DNA from: Chlorokybus atmophyticus
Lineage: Eukaryota; Plantae; Mesostigma and Chlorokybus algae
DNA: 64,000 nucleotides
NCBI GenBank assembly: GCA_009103225.1
Contig: RHPI01002615.1
Coordinates: forward strand, 355,857-419,856
Reading direction: 5' to 3'
Part shown: one piece after another, positions 16,401 through 29,673 of the stretch
How the letters are laid out: every line of letters begins with the position of its first letter
Position numbering within the stretch: position 1 is the stretch's first letter
Program-made: the position numbers and the translations under genes
Notes under the pieces: model-generated
The model's database searches: none
Told to the model about the DNA's origin: nothing
What the model saw: only the letters and a program-made list of their open reading frames with translations

Positions 16401-19400
16401 AGGCACATATGTATTGCTAAGAACGTCACGACATCTCTACCGGATTGCTTTCCTCCTGCAGTGCAAGCTGCTATCAGAGTCCGACAGGTCAAAGAACATG
16501 TGCAGTGCATCTCTCAGCAGTGAAAGACAACAGAGGTGCACAGGCGAACAACAAATAGCAAGTCTAATATAACCAATGATCCGTTATGCCAAGGACTGTC
16601 TGGCTCACTGCCATGCACAAGTAGTACCACAAGCGACATTGTCAGCCTATGTGTTGTATGCAACACAAGACATACCGCAGTGACGAACACGTTGCCGTCA
16701 GAGTTTGTGCAGATAGCCTCCTTCGTTATCTATGCAGTCAGGTGGTAGTCAGTACTTGCATGCAAAGTGCAGAAGCGCGTGACAAGAAGGCAAGACATAC
16801 GCGCACACATGCATGCATGCGCGCGAGCACACAATGCAGACATGCTGCTGGTGCACCACGTCTGCATTCAAAGCGGCCAAGCATTGGTAAATCTGGCACA
16901 AGCAGATGTCAATTGCATGACCAACATGGCTGCATGCATGCATCATGGTTGCATGTTGCGTGCAGCCTTGCTACATGTAAACATGACACATTCATCTTTT
17001 AACGCCCGAGGTTACTCACATTGAGAACAATGTCTGCGACATGGTGGGCCGGGACATCATCGTGATAGATGCAGCCAGCTAGCCACGAGCGTGCCACGAC
17101 CATCTGCAAGCCCAGCAATTCAAGCCATGTTAACTTGACAAGCTACATCAGATTGGGGTCTTGTTTCCTTTTTACAGGCATTGCTGTAATTTAACGCACC
17201 TTATTGGTTGTCAAGGTGCCCGTCTTATCACTGCATATAGTATTCACACCACCCATTGTTTCGCATGCTGCCAGCTTGCGAACCTGCCAGGGACAATTCA
17301 TATTCAGTACAATATTGAACCAGTACCAATACCAGGACTGGCCTGTTTCAATCGAGACATTCCACCATACCAGCGCATTATCCTTGGCCATCTGCCTCAT
17401 TGAGTAGGCAAGACTGCACAACAACAGGTTGGTTAAGTTACTACAGTAAATAGCTGGCACATCACCAACGCAGCCAGAGATCCACGAACATACAATGCGA
17501 GTGCATGTACAAAGATGACACTGTAAACGCGTAGCGGTGATTACCCTACATTAAAAGTGAGTTAAACTCACGCACCTCAATGTGACTGCCAATGGCAGAC
17601 CTTCTGGAACAGCAACGACCACAATGGTAACCTGTGCAAGTAAGCAACTCTTGGCAAGAGCACAGACAGCATTGCCGTTGCCGACTTGGTTACCAAATTC
17701 ACTCAAGCAATAAGAGCTTCATGAAAAGAAAGCCATGCTTACCGCTATGGCAAAGAACTTGACTACATTGTGCAGGTCAACACTACTGAAGGAGAGTATA
17801 GAAAGGTGCATGTTCTCAATGAAATACCTGCATGTCCAAGTGGTAAGAGAGATTAGCTGCATTGAGGTGCTGCTAAACAGAGGGAGTCCCATAGTTGTTT
17901 GGTTACAAGCATGCTTACTTTCCTAGAAGAATAGCAAATACGAGGACAGCAACAGCCAGGCCTATATTGCCAATGGCTGTGGCTGTGTTCCCAAGGCGCT
18001 GCTGCAGAGGGGTTTCCTCTGCTTGGTCTTCACTAACGGAGGACATGACGCTGCCCCACTCAGTATCCATACCCACAGCTGTGACCTGCGCAAGACATCA
18101 CTCTCAAGGGTTTGTAGAGACATTAGCGTAGGCATGGACGAGACCATAGAGACAATGACTATGACTCACCAGCATTGTACCATACCCATCTGCAACCTTG
18201 GTTCCTGAAAGTAGGAAAGGCCTCACATGCGCATCTTTATTGACCTGGTCATGACAACGCAACTTAGCACCATGAATTGAACTGCGCTGCACATCTCTAC
18301 CATAACAGATGAATGGCTTCACATTGCACGACCCAAGCACAGCCAGCACAACAACATGGCTGACGTGCTTGTTTATGTTTTCAGATGGCATTGCGTGACA
18401 ACAGCAGCCACGTGATATTATGAAGAAAACCAACCCCAGGAATGGTTACAATTGCACTCACCGGTTCACTCTCGCCAGTCATGCTGGACTCGTCACACAC
18501 AACGGAGAACCCCTCGACAAGCACACCATCTGCGGGAACCTGGCACACAGTTTGTATTAGACTGGGCCATAAGGCCATAACAACACATTGCACATCCGGG
18601 ATGAGAGCATACTCGCTCAGTCATGTTCTACCTGATCACCAGTGTTGATGTGAATAATGTCGCCGACCAGGATGTCATAGATGGAAAGCTCTACTCGGCG
18701 GCCTCCGCGGGTAGCCTAAACTTAGTTGGTCAAAATGCCATTCCCGATGTATGTCTCAAGCTACACAGAACCACACAAGCAACACCCACCTTGACTGTGA
18801 TGTTCTTCTTGCGTTTATTTAGTTCTTGGAATTGAAGAGACTGGTTGTAGTTGTTGCCAGCTGACACTAGTAGTACAATTACAATAGCGAAAACAATTCC
18901 GGCACTGTCGTACCAACCGTCTGACGAGTGCTGCAGTGACATACTTGCAGTTCAGTTGGCAACCCAACAACAGGCACAATGCCATGCTGCACAAGCAACA
19001 CTGCGACACAACTCTTACCTCTGCGACCTCCTCAACAGCAAAGGATACAGCAGCAGCTGCTGCAAGTATTCTCAAAGTTGTGTCTTCAGATGCTTCAACT
19101 AGATAGTCCTGTGAGCTGTAGGGTAAGCACGATGCCAACTGGACTCGCAAGTCATGCGCAATTGATGCGCCATACCCAAAAAGATTTGGATTGCCGTTCA
19201 GGGTACGTGTTTGAGCCATATTGTTCGCCGCGTTGCCGAAGAAACTCAGTGTCGTGCTCAGGCAAGCCCACATTGGTATCGACCTGCAGACCAGCAGCTA
19301 ACCCCTGGACCTGCACGCCCACATAAACCATGACATTGGTGCTGAAATCGGATGCATGGCAGCATGCATGAGTTATAATAACATTTACAGCAGAAAGCTC

Positions 19401-21090
19401 ATAATGCAGATGCAAGCTCTCCTGCATACACCGCCATGATGCATGTAAGCTTGCTTACCCCTCCATATTCAGCAAGAGACTCCATGCTTCGTGACTGCAA
19501 CAGCTTGACCAAGGTTTCACGAGGGATGCCATGGACATGTGCATGCACACTGCCTGCTCACAGTAGAGAACAGATCGGCAGGGCCTCCACTAATAGGGAT
19601 CAGTGTTGTGATGTACGGCAAGTGGGTGAGATGCGTCCCAAAAGAAACCATCTATGCTAGCAAATGGCCTCTGACTTGGCCTAGCATGCGACTACCTACT
19701 AAACAGCGGCGCTCCAAAGGGTGCTACAACTGACATGCATGCGGAAGCCGATGCAAAGCAGTTCAGTATGCGACAACGATGAAGTATGCATTCAACCAAA
19801 CTCGTTGTGCACACAAACATGCCCTGTCCGGGAAGCCATAAATGCCTTCAACCAAGAGCTGATTTTTGTGCAAACAAGGTGGACGAGTGCAAGTGCTTGT
19901 CACTTCAGCTGTGCTCGTGAAGCTGGGCTGGCACAGCACCCTGCATGCAGCTACGCTGCGCTCGTCATTTTGTGCAGTTGCAAACTATTACTGACGACAT
20001 GATGATGACAGGACGACGCTTCAATTGCACCATCTTACCGTTCAGAGTGTCTTCATGCGCATCGGAGGTAGGCTCTGACGTTGAGGCTGCTGAAGATGAC
20101 TGTTCGCGTTCTTCTTGCGTCTCGGTAAACTGTGCCTGAGAGGTCGTTATTGGCGCCTGCGCACCCAACCCAAGCCTTCGGTACGTGTTTGTGAACAGGA
20201 AGTGCCAATTCACTATGGCTTGAGTGACATGCAACATCTGGACAGCCCATGATCGGGTGGGTGACGACAACCGGCCTTCACTGCTTACGAAGTCCACGTG
20301 ATGTTGCAAATTATGTTCTATGCAATCCCATTACACAGCTTTCAGCAGGGCTCAACAATGCTGGTTAGCGGTGAGAGGTTGCTGATGAAAACACCTCAAC
20401 AGGACAGGTTGCATGCGCGAAAAAGCAAGTATAGCTGACAACTCAAAAACGTGCACCTGTAACCGTCTGCTCTCCACGTTCCATTGTCTCCTTGAGCGAA
20501 GCTTGTTTGCGGGCAGTCGACACCTGGCACGCAAACTGCACGCTCAATATACTGAACTGATCAATAAATGCAGACGGGCAATACATGGGCAATTCTTGAT
20601 TGACCTGAAAACAAGACAATGCATGTTGTCGAGCACGAAAGATCCGCAAGACAGTGTGGATACAACATGGTTGTTGGGGCCCAAACAGTCGACAACAAAA
20701 ATCGGACACTGCTCCGAGCGGAAGGTAACATCAACCATAGCTTGGAGAACGACTGCAATGCTTTCCTGTAGCTTGTTCTAGCCAAAGCGCAGACATCTGG
20801 TGCATGCGGGAGAGCAGCTAATAGCCAATGCACACCCTTACTACCAAAGTTTCAAGCCTGTGAGGCATGTAATGGTGCGATGTGCAAATCGCAAGCGCAG
20901 CATGACCAATGCCCGTTCCATCACATGCTTACCTTCTACTTGACCGATCAACAAAGCAGCTCGTCGCTGCATGCAAGCAGCATCTGCTGCGAGTCAGGCC
21001 AGCTCTCGCCACGCTGACGCTTCCACTAACGTTGCTACTAGCTGAGGTGGACGCTGCCCCTACTGTACACACCGGCAGTACCGCCGCCAT
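13434..21090 (-). CDS. P2B-type Ca2+-transporting ATPase (ACA/PMCA-like), more than 20 exons; 5' exons above about 19550 are tentative
   Basis: Exons encode [88 protein letters not shown] (phospho-Asp, about 17215-17230), [106 protein letters not shown] and VFNELSAR. Confidence 0.96.
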
Positions 21091-21875
21091 TGCGCCTAGC
21101 TGAACGCACCCAACAAGACAAGCTAACCTACCTACACGAAAACCTCCAGTCACCAAACCTCTTCTTCGACCAGCTTCCGCACCACGACGATGCCACCAAC
21201 CCCGCCGCCTCCACCGCCGCCGCCGCCTGCTCCACCTTCGCGTCTGCCACTGTCACGCATGCCTTTCTGTGTGTACCGTGCAGCAGAAGCAAGGACCCTT
21301 TGACTCAACTAACCGACCTCAAACTTTGATTCACTCAAGAGGAGCAGTGAACTGACTCTCGGAACTGGTGAATCAAGTTTAGTTCACGAGCACGAGCTGT
21401 CTGAATCAGGCAATGGATCAATCCGCCATTTGCCGTATCTCCCACCTTCCTGGCTGAGACTCTCCTGGCGCGCAAACACGGGGACAAATATCCCTGGTGG
21501 GTGTGTCGCGTCAAAGTACACTTTGTGTATAACGTTTGCCGTTCTTCTCAGCCGCCAGTTAGTCGTTTTGAGCCTCAGAACAGGGCGCGCAGCCCGCGGC
21601 CTGTAAACCAAAGTTAGCCCGTCGCGATGAAATCCGTTTAGCGACACTGGCATGTTCGGACAAATCTACATTCACCCCCTCATTTTTCTTTGCCATAAAC
21701 TCGGGATCCGGAATTGTGTCGAGTGTGTTTTCGCGGCAGATCTCCTCAGACTGACACAGTGTCAGCTCTGCTGCTGAGTTCCGTACCGTTTCTTTAGGTC
21801 CCGGTTCCGCTCCATCATGTCCTGGTTCAGGGTCAATAGGCCGGGTCGGGGACCCGCACTGGGTATTCATGAACC

Positions 21876-21884
21876 AAACCCTAA
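21876..21884 (+). promoter_or_regulatory. Telo-box (AAACCCTAA) 40 bp upstream of the THOC1 start
   Basis: Perfect plant telo-box immediately 5' of a nuclear housekeeping gene, within a divergent promoter region. Confidence 0.55.
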
Positions 21885-21923
21885 TTTGTCAAAGCGTGCA
21901 TTGTCGCCGCTGCCACCGTAGCG

Positions 21924-24900
21924 ATGGCGGCGGCGATGGAGGTGGCGACCATGCCCGAGGTCGTGTGCGTGTATGATCAGGAGCGCAACCGCATTGTGGT
22001 ACATATGTGCTTATTTTCATCGGCGTTTGGCTGTACGTGGCACAATGCTGAACTGTTACATTGCATACGTAGCTTGGAGTTTGGCTATTTTCTCAGCATA
22101 CCCTGTCATAGCTGAGTTGCTCGTACAAAATCGCTCATTGATGTAGTCTTCTCTAGTCAAGTACACCTTGTAGGTAGTGCATAGAGCATAGCATCTAACC
22201 ATGCATGCTAATGACTGACTGTATTTCATGAGTACACTGGCGCTCTGTGCAGCAATCTACATGTAACCTCTTGTCTGAGCACAGCTTTATTAATTGTGAG
22301 CGGTTTCGGTGGCTCAGAGCGTATATAAATGCAGGTTCTGCATGCTTAATATGATTGTTGCACAACTCTTGGTGTCCAAGCATGGTCACAATTTCCTTGT
22401 GCACTCGCATTGCTGATCCAGTAAAATTTGCATTATGGCAGGATGCTTTGCGTCGTGCTGTTGCCAGCGGAGCAACATCAGCCGATGCGGCTGTGCAGGC
22501 ACTGAGAGAGGGAATTACTTCACTGCAAGACTCACAGGTATACTGTCGAGTTACGCCTGTACCATGCAACTTGAGAATCCTCAAGGTCAGTTGCCCAATT
22601 TTCTCTGTTTTGCGTACAGGGTGCACAGCCACTGCGTGAGCTGAATGGTGAAGAGAAGATTGTTGTTGAGGGTGCTTTTCGATATCTGCTTGATGAGTAC
22701 ACGGTGCGTTCGGCCATGCCGTATATGAAGCATGCATGCAGTTGGTTTGTGCAGCAGGACAGCTGTCATCATTGTGCAACTCAGTGTGCGATTTGCAGCG
22801 CAGTGCGTATACCGCGAATGCTCCGGTCATGCAGCACAGAGGCGAACCTCCTGGAGCTGCACCAATCATGCCGCGTCTTTTGGGTAAGCATGTTGTGCAC
22901 AACAACCTATGCACACAACCAACATTGACGTAACCTGTGCTGCTTGACAGATCTTGCTCTCTCACTGTGTGAGTCCAACAAAACGGAAGCCGGGCTAATC
23001 CTCCTCCTGTTTGAGGACCTGCTTGAAGGCTGCAGCATAGCGGACTGCGGGGAGGCCTTCACGTACATGGAGTCCAAGCTTGCAATCATTGGCAGGAAGG
23101 ACATATTCCTTAGAGGCAAGCTGATCGTGCTGCGCACGTGCACGGAATTGCTGCGCCGGCTGTCCAAGTGCTATGACCTGGTGCTCAGCGGCCGAGTGCA
23201 CATGTTCCTGGCCAACCTGTTCCCGTTGAACGACAAGTCGGGTGCCAACCCGACAGGCGCATTTAATCTGAGCAACATTACAACCTTTGAGGACGAGCAA
23301 GCGGCAGCAGGCTCGCTCCCGGAAAGCAACGGTGGCAAGCCTCTTCTGGATTACAACTTCTACAAGAGCTTCTGGTCCCTGCAAAAATCCTTTCAGATCC
23401 CGTCCACGGTGATCCAGCCCGGCGGCTGGAGCCAGCTGGTGTCCACTCTTAATGTGGTCTTAAACATATTTGAGTCCCAACCGTTGTCGGCTTTTGACAC
23501 CTCCAGCCACAAAGACAGTAGTAACCATGACCTTAACTTCTACGACACCAAGTACTTGACGTCCAGCAAGCTCATGCCTTTGCAGCTCCGGGATCCCAAC
23601 TTTCGCCGCCATATGCTCGTACAGTGCTGTATCCTCTTTCAGTATCTCAAGGTACACATCGTGTCCACGTACAGGTTTGGTAAACTCTCGCAATATCTTT
23701 TGGTGTCAAGCTAACAACCTTCTGCCGACTCGGTAGGATCCAAAGAACTTGAAAGACCAAAAGGAGCCCGTGTTGAACGAGAAGCAGATGGCTGAGTTCA
23801 ACTCAGTGCAAGCCCGAGTGCATACGCTGCTAGAGGCTACCCCACCACATGGCGCTGATTTCCTTAAGGCTATTCTGCACATCCTTGACCGAGAAAATGC
23901 ATGGGTACGCACACATCTGCCACGACTTTGTGCGCAATTGCAACTCTGCAACTACTACTACTTTGGCTGCTGTCTATGAGAATGCAGAAATTGAATTGCT
24001 GTTCCTTCCCTTGATGTTGTAACATGCTCCCCAGATGGCATTGCATTCGCGCGCGTGTTCATCTCAGCAGAGCACTTGCTATTGATCAGGTGGCTTGGAA
24101 GAGAGCCGGCTGTCCGGAGATGGAAAGGCCGCCCGAGCGCGCGGTGAGGTCGGCAGCGCAGGCGGCCTCAATGAGGAAGCGCAAGCTCCCCCCCGGTGGT
24201 GCGGGCGGCGTGCGTATGGGCAACCCAGAGCTGGACCGCTTGTGGAACATCTCCGCAGACAACCTGGCGTTCCTGAAGACCCGTGCACACACGCGGCTGC
24301 CGGACGTGGTGGAGTTCCTGCAGCCTATGGCGGAGCAGCTGGACCCCGACGCTGGCATCGATGAGGAGTACAAACTCAAGAACGACCGCGTGTACTGCTG
24401 GAAGGCCCTTCGCCTCATCGCACGTGCGCAGCTACCGTCCTTCCCCGCCGCTGCCGTGGAAGAGGACCTTGAGAAGGTTGTTCCGTCCATCATAGCCACC
24501 GCGCAGAGAGCCAATGATGCAACAAGCCCGACCGCTCAACAACAACAGCAGCAGCAGACAATCACCAACCAGGACACCCAAGACCATGCAACACCAATCA
24601 GTACTACTACTACTCCCCCTCCTTCAGTAACAGGTTCTGGTGCTGCCCCAACGCCGCCACGCGCTGCTGTTTCAACCGAGCAGGCTGCCATCACTTCGCC
24701 CCAGACCGATGCCAAGCCCGCCATCGCACCAATAACAGAGCCAGCCAGTGCATTGCAAGCACCGGCTGCAGTGGAGCAACAGCAACAACATCAGCGCATC
24801 AGCGCCAATGACAAGAAGTCGGCTGCAGTGACAACAGCAACAACTCCTGAACCACCAGCAGCGGGTCAACAGGTGAAAGCAGTGACAACAGCAGGAGCTC

Positions 24901-25283
24901 AGCCTCGGCCGGCTGCTGCTGCTGCCGCTGCTCCACAATCTCCAACAGGGAGGGTGATCAGGAGGCCTCTCGCCTCAGCCTCGGACAAGCAACCCAAAGC
25001 AGCAGAGTCTCCGTCATCAATCCCCGCGAAGCGCCCCTTGCCCGAGGCAGACACACCCATCACAGCAGCGGCAGCGAAGGTCCCTTCCTCAAACCTTAAA
25101 GCTGCCACAGCACAGAGTCCAGCTGCAGCGTCCTCCCCACAGCCGGCCTCAACACAAGTAGTTAGTCCCACAGCAGCAGCTAAGCAGCACGCGCAGCTGA
25201 AGACGGCAGCAGCCACGCCACCTGCCAGCACACCAAAGGAGGGAGGGTCTGAAGTGCAGAAGCGGAGAAGGATACAGAGGTAG
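21924..25283 (+). CDS. THOC1: THO complex subunit 1 (HPR1/THO1)
   Basis: Exons encode LLFEDLLE, RGKLIVLRTCTELLRRLSK, GRVHMFLANLFPL, DYNFYKSFWSLQ, KYLTSSKLMPLQLRDPNFRRH, LLEATPPHG..ILDRENAW|VAWKRAGCP, GNPELDRLW and NDRVYCWKALRL, colinear with plant THO1. The tail is long and Ala/Pro/Ser-rich and ends in an NLS-like KRRRIQR*. Confidence 0.95.
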
Positions 25284-25630
25284 GTAGGAAGGCTTAGTGT
25301 TCTCAATCAGCAGGCGTTATTTTTGTGAGGGGGCACATTGCTGCTGTGTTTGTAAAGAACGTCAAATTAAGAGGGATCTAGTGGCTTCAGGCATGCGAAG
25401 ATGGCAGCTGTTGTTGTGTGCAGTCTGCATGTCGTGCTCCACCAGCAAGGCTTTTTGTCATTTGAGATGTGCATCGACTTGGTTGTGCATGCCATGATAC
25501 GAGCCTGTGTGTTCTTGCCTTTGATTGGCACATGTTGCTCAAGGGGAGTTACCCCAATGAATGTACAATATACGCCATCACTGTGTTGCTACAGGCCTGC
25601 TCGAATTGCAATGGCATGAGCAACGGCACA

Positions 25631-27310
25631 CTAGTTGCTCATCATCTGCTTGAACTCCTGAAAATCTATTTGCCCTGATCCGTCCACATCCGTTTCACGA
25701 ATAAGCTGATCGATGTCAATGGTCAAGCCAAACTCCTGTCACCCGAGGCATTGCCATCATTCGTCAGCACAAAAACTCAACACATTCAATTATTGGATGC
25801 ACGTGCATGTGACTGTGAGGCTTATACACCATACTGCACTTGCCTTAATGGTTGCACGCAGCTTATCGGCAGAGATTTCGCCCGACTTGTCTCCCTGCAA
25901 ACCCACACAAGTTGCTATTGGCTTGCAAGCCCACCAACAAAGTATCAAGGCATCAGACTTTCAGCAAGCTTTCCTCCTTCGCGCACAGCACCTTGCCCCC
26001 GAGTGCGACAAACGCCTCAATAGCGTCGGTTTCATCGTCCATCGCTGCAGCTTGCGCCTTCTGGTTCTCAATGACCTGGTAGCATTGATATAGTAAGCAC
26101 GGGAGCACGCACGCAGGAACACACCCACACACCCACATACACACAATCCTCCACGTGCACGAGCAAATAGGCACCCATGCGCTCCGACACGCACCCACAC
26201 GTGCACACATATGCATGTGTACGCACACACATGCACATGCAGAAACGCGTGCACGCACAGGAGCACAGACACGCATATGCTCGCCCTCCAGGTCATACAC
26301 AGAGGAAAGAGTTTAGCTATGCGGGTGCCAAAACAACAGGAAGAAAAAGGGCATGGAGCATAGTACTAGTAGTTGTTGTGCGCTACATCAAAGGAAGGCA
26401 GATACGATTTCTTCTTTCATTTCTACCTTGAGGAACTCTGGAAACTCTATCTCCCCGCTGTTGTCCTCATCCACCTACATGATGATCAGACACAGTAGTA
26501 TTTCTCTCAGACACCTTCAAAACAATGTCATGTGCATCACGCGCACATGTTGGCGATGTGCGCGTGTACGCATAAGTCCCATGAGTGTATCGATGTGCAT
26601 ATGTATGTGTGTCACACACGACATCAACTCACCTGAGAGATCATGAGGAAGAGCTCCTCGTCTGTTGGACTCTGTCCCAGCGCCTGCAGTGTTGCCCGCA
26701 GCTCCGATGCATCGATCGTCCCGCTGCCTGCACGCCAACATGGTCATGATTGTTCTTGTTGTCACAAGTATGGTATCATCGTTGAACTAGTTAATGCGGG
26801 TGTCATCACGTCTGATGTGTTGTGATGTGATGTAAGGTGAAAAAATGGAGTGTGGCCCTCGTGTCTCGTCGCAACACAGCATAAGGCAAACTGCTCTCAA
26901 TAATAATAGTAACTGCAGATATACTTTCCCTGGACTATAACCTCGATTTCTCTCTAATTGTATTCTTTTCATTGATGGGTTGGATTACTTCCAAAATGCT
27001 TATTGAATAAGGATGGCTCAGTATGCTACTCCTTAAACTCTGAGGATAGTTGAAACAAAACAACCACACAACCATCGCTTGCCTCTCTCATCATACACAT
27101 CACCCGAGCCTTTGTTCAGATTCCACATCACGCATTCACATATGTGGTCAATCAATCAACATTTGTTTAAATCTATGGCCTTTACTCATCCACTTGCAAA
27201 AACACTTGTCAGTCATGATAATAATATTCGTCTTTTTTTCCCGACGCACCGTCACGGTCGAAGCGCGCAAACGCCTCCCTGCACTGATCCACCTCCTCCT
27301 GAGTCAACAT
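25631..27310 (-). CDS. EF-hand Ca2+-binding protein similar to flagellar outer-arm dynein light chain LC4 (calmodulin-like)
   Basis: Exons give MLTQEEVDQCREAFARFDRDG|SGTIDASELRATLQALGQSPTDEELFLMISQ|VDEDNSGEIEFPEFLK|VIENQKAQAAAMDDETDAIEAFVALGGK|GDKSGEISADKLRATIK|EFGLTIDIDQLIRETDVDGSGQIDFQEFKQMMSN*. The AFVALGG and FGLTIDID segments are LC4-like rather than canonical calmodulin. Confidence 0.85.
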
Positions 27311-27323
27311 TCCTGATGCCCCT

Positions 27324-27420
27324 CGCCTTATACTCCTCCTCCTCCACCTCCTCCTCCTCCTCCTCCTCCTCCTCCTCCTCTTCCTCTTCCTCCTGCTCCT
27401 GCTCCTGCTCCTGCTCCTCC
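27324..27420. repeat. (CCT)n/(CTCCTG)n microsatellite upstream of the LC4 start
   Basis: Directly visible. The poly-Glu ORF it creates is out of frame with the gene. Confidence 0.9.
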
Positions 27421-27676
27421 CCGCCTCTGCAAACTCTCAAACCCCGCCGCCCTCAGTTGCTTGCTAGGCTGTGTATGTGGTATATGTGACTGCGTACTTG
27501 GCCTCCTCCTCCTCCTCCTTCGCCTCCGCCTCCTCCTCCTCCGCCGCCGCCGCCGCCCTGTGCTTGATTTCAGACTGGTCACGTGACTTGAGATTGTTGG
27601 ATTGTTCGGTCAGGTTAAGTGGACCAAGGGACTGTGTGGATCTCGGTTTGCGGAACCGGATCGGAGGGGAGAGAGG

Positions 27677-27713
<37 letters not shown>

Positions 27714-28190
27714 GGTGGTATTGCACGAGGCACACACCAAGTGTCGTGTCAGTGTGTTGCGCGTTAACTTGCGCAGCGGATATTTACATGGCAATGAAAC
27801 CAACAAGCTTGTGCATCTTCAGTGAAACTCAGTACAGTGTCGTACATGTACTCTCAAGACAAACAACGCTCTTCAGTCCCTCCGTGCTGCTGCCACATCA
27901 CTTTGCTACACACAAACACAAGTACTCAAACACGTCACTTCAACCCACCAAGCAAAGCCGTGTGATTGTCGAGTCGTCTCCTCCCTTTCCTCGCCAAAGC
28001 GAGCTCTTATGGCATTCCATTCGTCACATCAAAGTGATTTGCGACTGTGTCAGTGTCAACTATGTGCGAACAATGGTGGCTCAAACAGATGCTGCAAGAA
28101 GAGAGGACAACAAGGGACTCTCAGTGACTCCCAAATGACACAAACGAGGCTGAGTGTGACAAGACAGGCCTGAGGCTCTTCAAGGCGTGA

Positions 28191-29407
28191 GTGGGTTTGT
28201 TGTCGCCATTGATGTTGTCGTGGTTGTCGTGGTTGTGGAGGCAGGCGGCGACGTCCACCTCCATGGCCATGACGATGGCGCTGGCGGCCAACGCCGCCAC
28301 AACCACTGCCAGCGTTCGTGCAGGGGTAAACAGGCATGGCCGCTGCTTCCTGCAGCACAGATACAGAAAGACCTTGACAGCGACAGGTGCGGGCGTGTGC
28401 GGTTGACGTTGTTGCTGTAGTCGTCGGAGCTGCTGCGGTTCTTACTGTTGGTCACACTGCGGTTCTCGCTGTGTCTTACAGTTGGAATGTGGATCAGCAA
28501 GGATTTGCATTCAATTGGATCTCTCCTGTCTCTATGTGTGCGTGGGTATGTGTGTGCCCACGTGGTGACACGCGCCCCCCCCACCCACCCACCCACCCCC
28601 TCCCACCAACGCACGCACATGTACGTGTGTGAGAGCACGCACGTACCCACCGTCTCCCACACCCACCGCACTCTCCACATCACCAGCCACCTTGCGCAGT
28701 TTCCAGGACGCCACGCGCCTGCCTCGGCGGCAGCAGCCACAACAAGAACAACATCAGCGCTCTTTACGCCCGCACGAGCGCGAGCATCCGCGCCGACATC
28801 GCCAACCGCTTCCGCAACGCCATACACAACACCGACAACGACCATACAAAAAAACTCGATGGCAACCGGAAGAACAACATGCAACAACAACAACAACAGA
28901 GCAATTCGTCGGACTCCCAACTCACGTTCCAATCGCTGGAGCATCTGAATAATGCACGCCTGGACTACCTACTCGATGAGGCATGACAGAAGCACGCACA
29001 CATGCAAGCACACGCATGTGATCGGAGCATGTGTGCATGCACACGCGTGTGCATGGTTGCAAACACGCTCATGCATGTACACTTGCAAGCATGCGTGCGC
29101 GCTCACAAGCGTGCATGTGCGTGCGGTTGTGCATTTGCGTGTGCATATGCGTGCATGCACACAAGCATCTGTGCCAACGCAGGTACACAATATGCCAGGC
29201 ACATTGTGTACCTGCGTTGGCACACTCACACACACCTTCACGCACGCACACATGCCCACCCTCCCTCTCACTCCCCCTCTCCTTCCCTCCCAGGTCAACT
29301 TCGCCTCCGACAAGTCTTCCGCCCGCTACGACCACGTCTCTTCCGCCCTCGGCCGTGTCGAGTCCGAGGTGGGTATATGATGCATCCATCACACCTGATC
29401 GACACCA

Positions 29408-29463
<56 letters not shown>

Positions 29464-29673
29464 ACATCATCATCACAGGTGGAGCGTGTGGGCGTGTCGG
29501 TCCGTGACGGTGTGGTGTCCGAACTCGGTGCCCGCATCGCCGATATCGCTCTCAAGCTCGAGGCCGTCGAGCGCGCCGTCAACGAAGCAAGAAAGAACTT
29601 GGAGAGACTCAACCTGTTTCTGGCGGGACTCTTCTCGCTGGCCGTGTTTGTTGTTGGGATGGTCCTCGTGTGA
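28191..29673 (+). CDS. Putative organelle-targeted coiled-coil protein with a C-terminal TM (CCDC90/DUF1640-like architecture)
   Basis: Exons run to 28386 (Ala/Thr/Arg-rich presequence-like), then 28700-28980 (...QLTFQSLEHLNNARLDYLLDE, GC donor), 29294-29368 (VNFASDKSSARYDHVSSALGRVESE) and 29479-29673 (heptad-rich, then FLAGLFSLAVFVVGMVLV*). Phases match. The start codon is uncertain. Confidence 0.6.
29405..29465. repeat. (CA)n microsatellite in an intron
   Basis: About 25 or more CA units, directly visible. Confidence 0.95.

Noticed and set aside
27252-27582. Poly-Glu and poly-Arg ORFs
   Set aside because: They are produced by the (CCT)n microsatellite and are out of frame with the LC4 start.
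28180-28944. 254-aa minus-strand ORF with hydrophobic stretches
   Set aside because: It reads through RY-rich intron sequence and is best explained as the antisense shadow of the plus-strand spliced gene.
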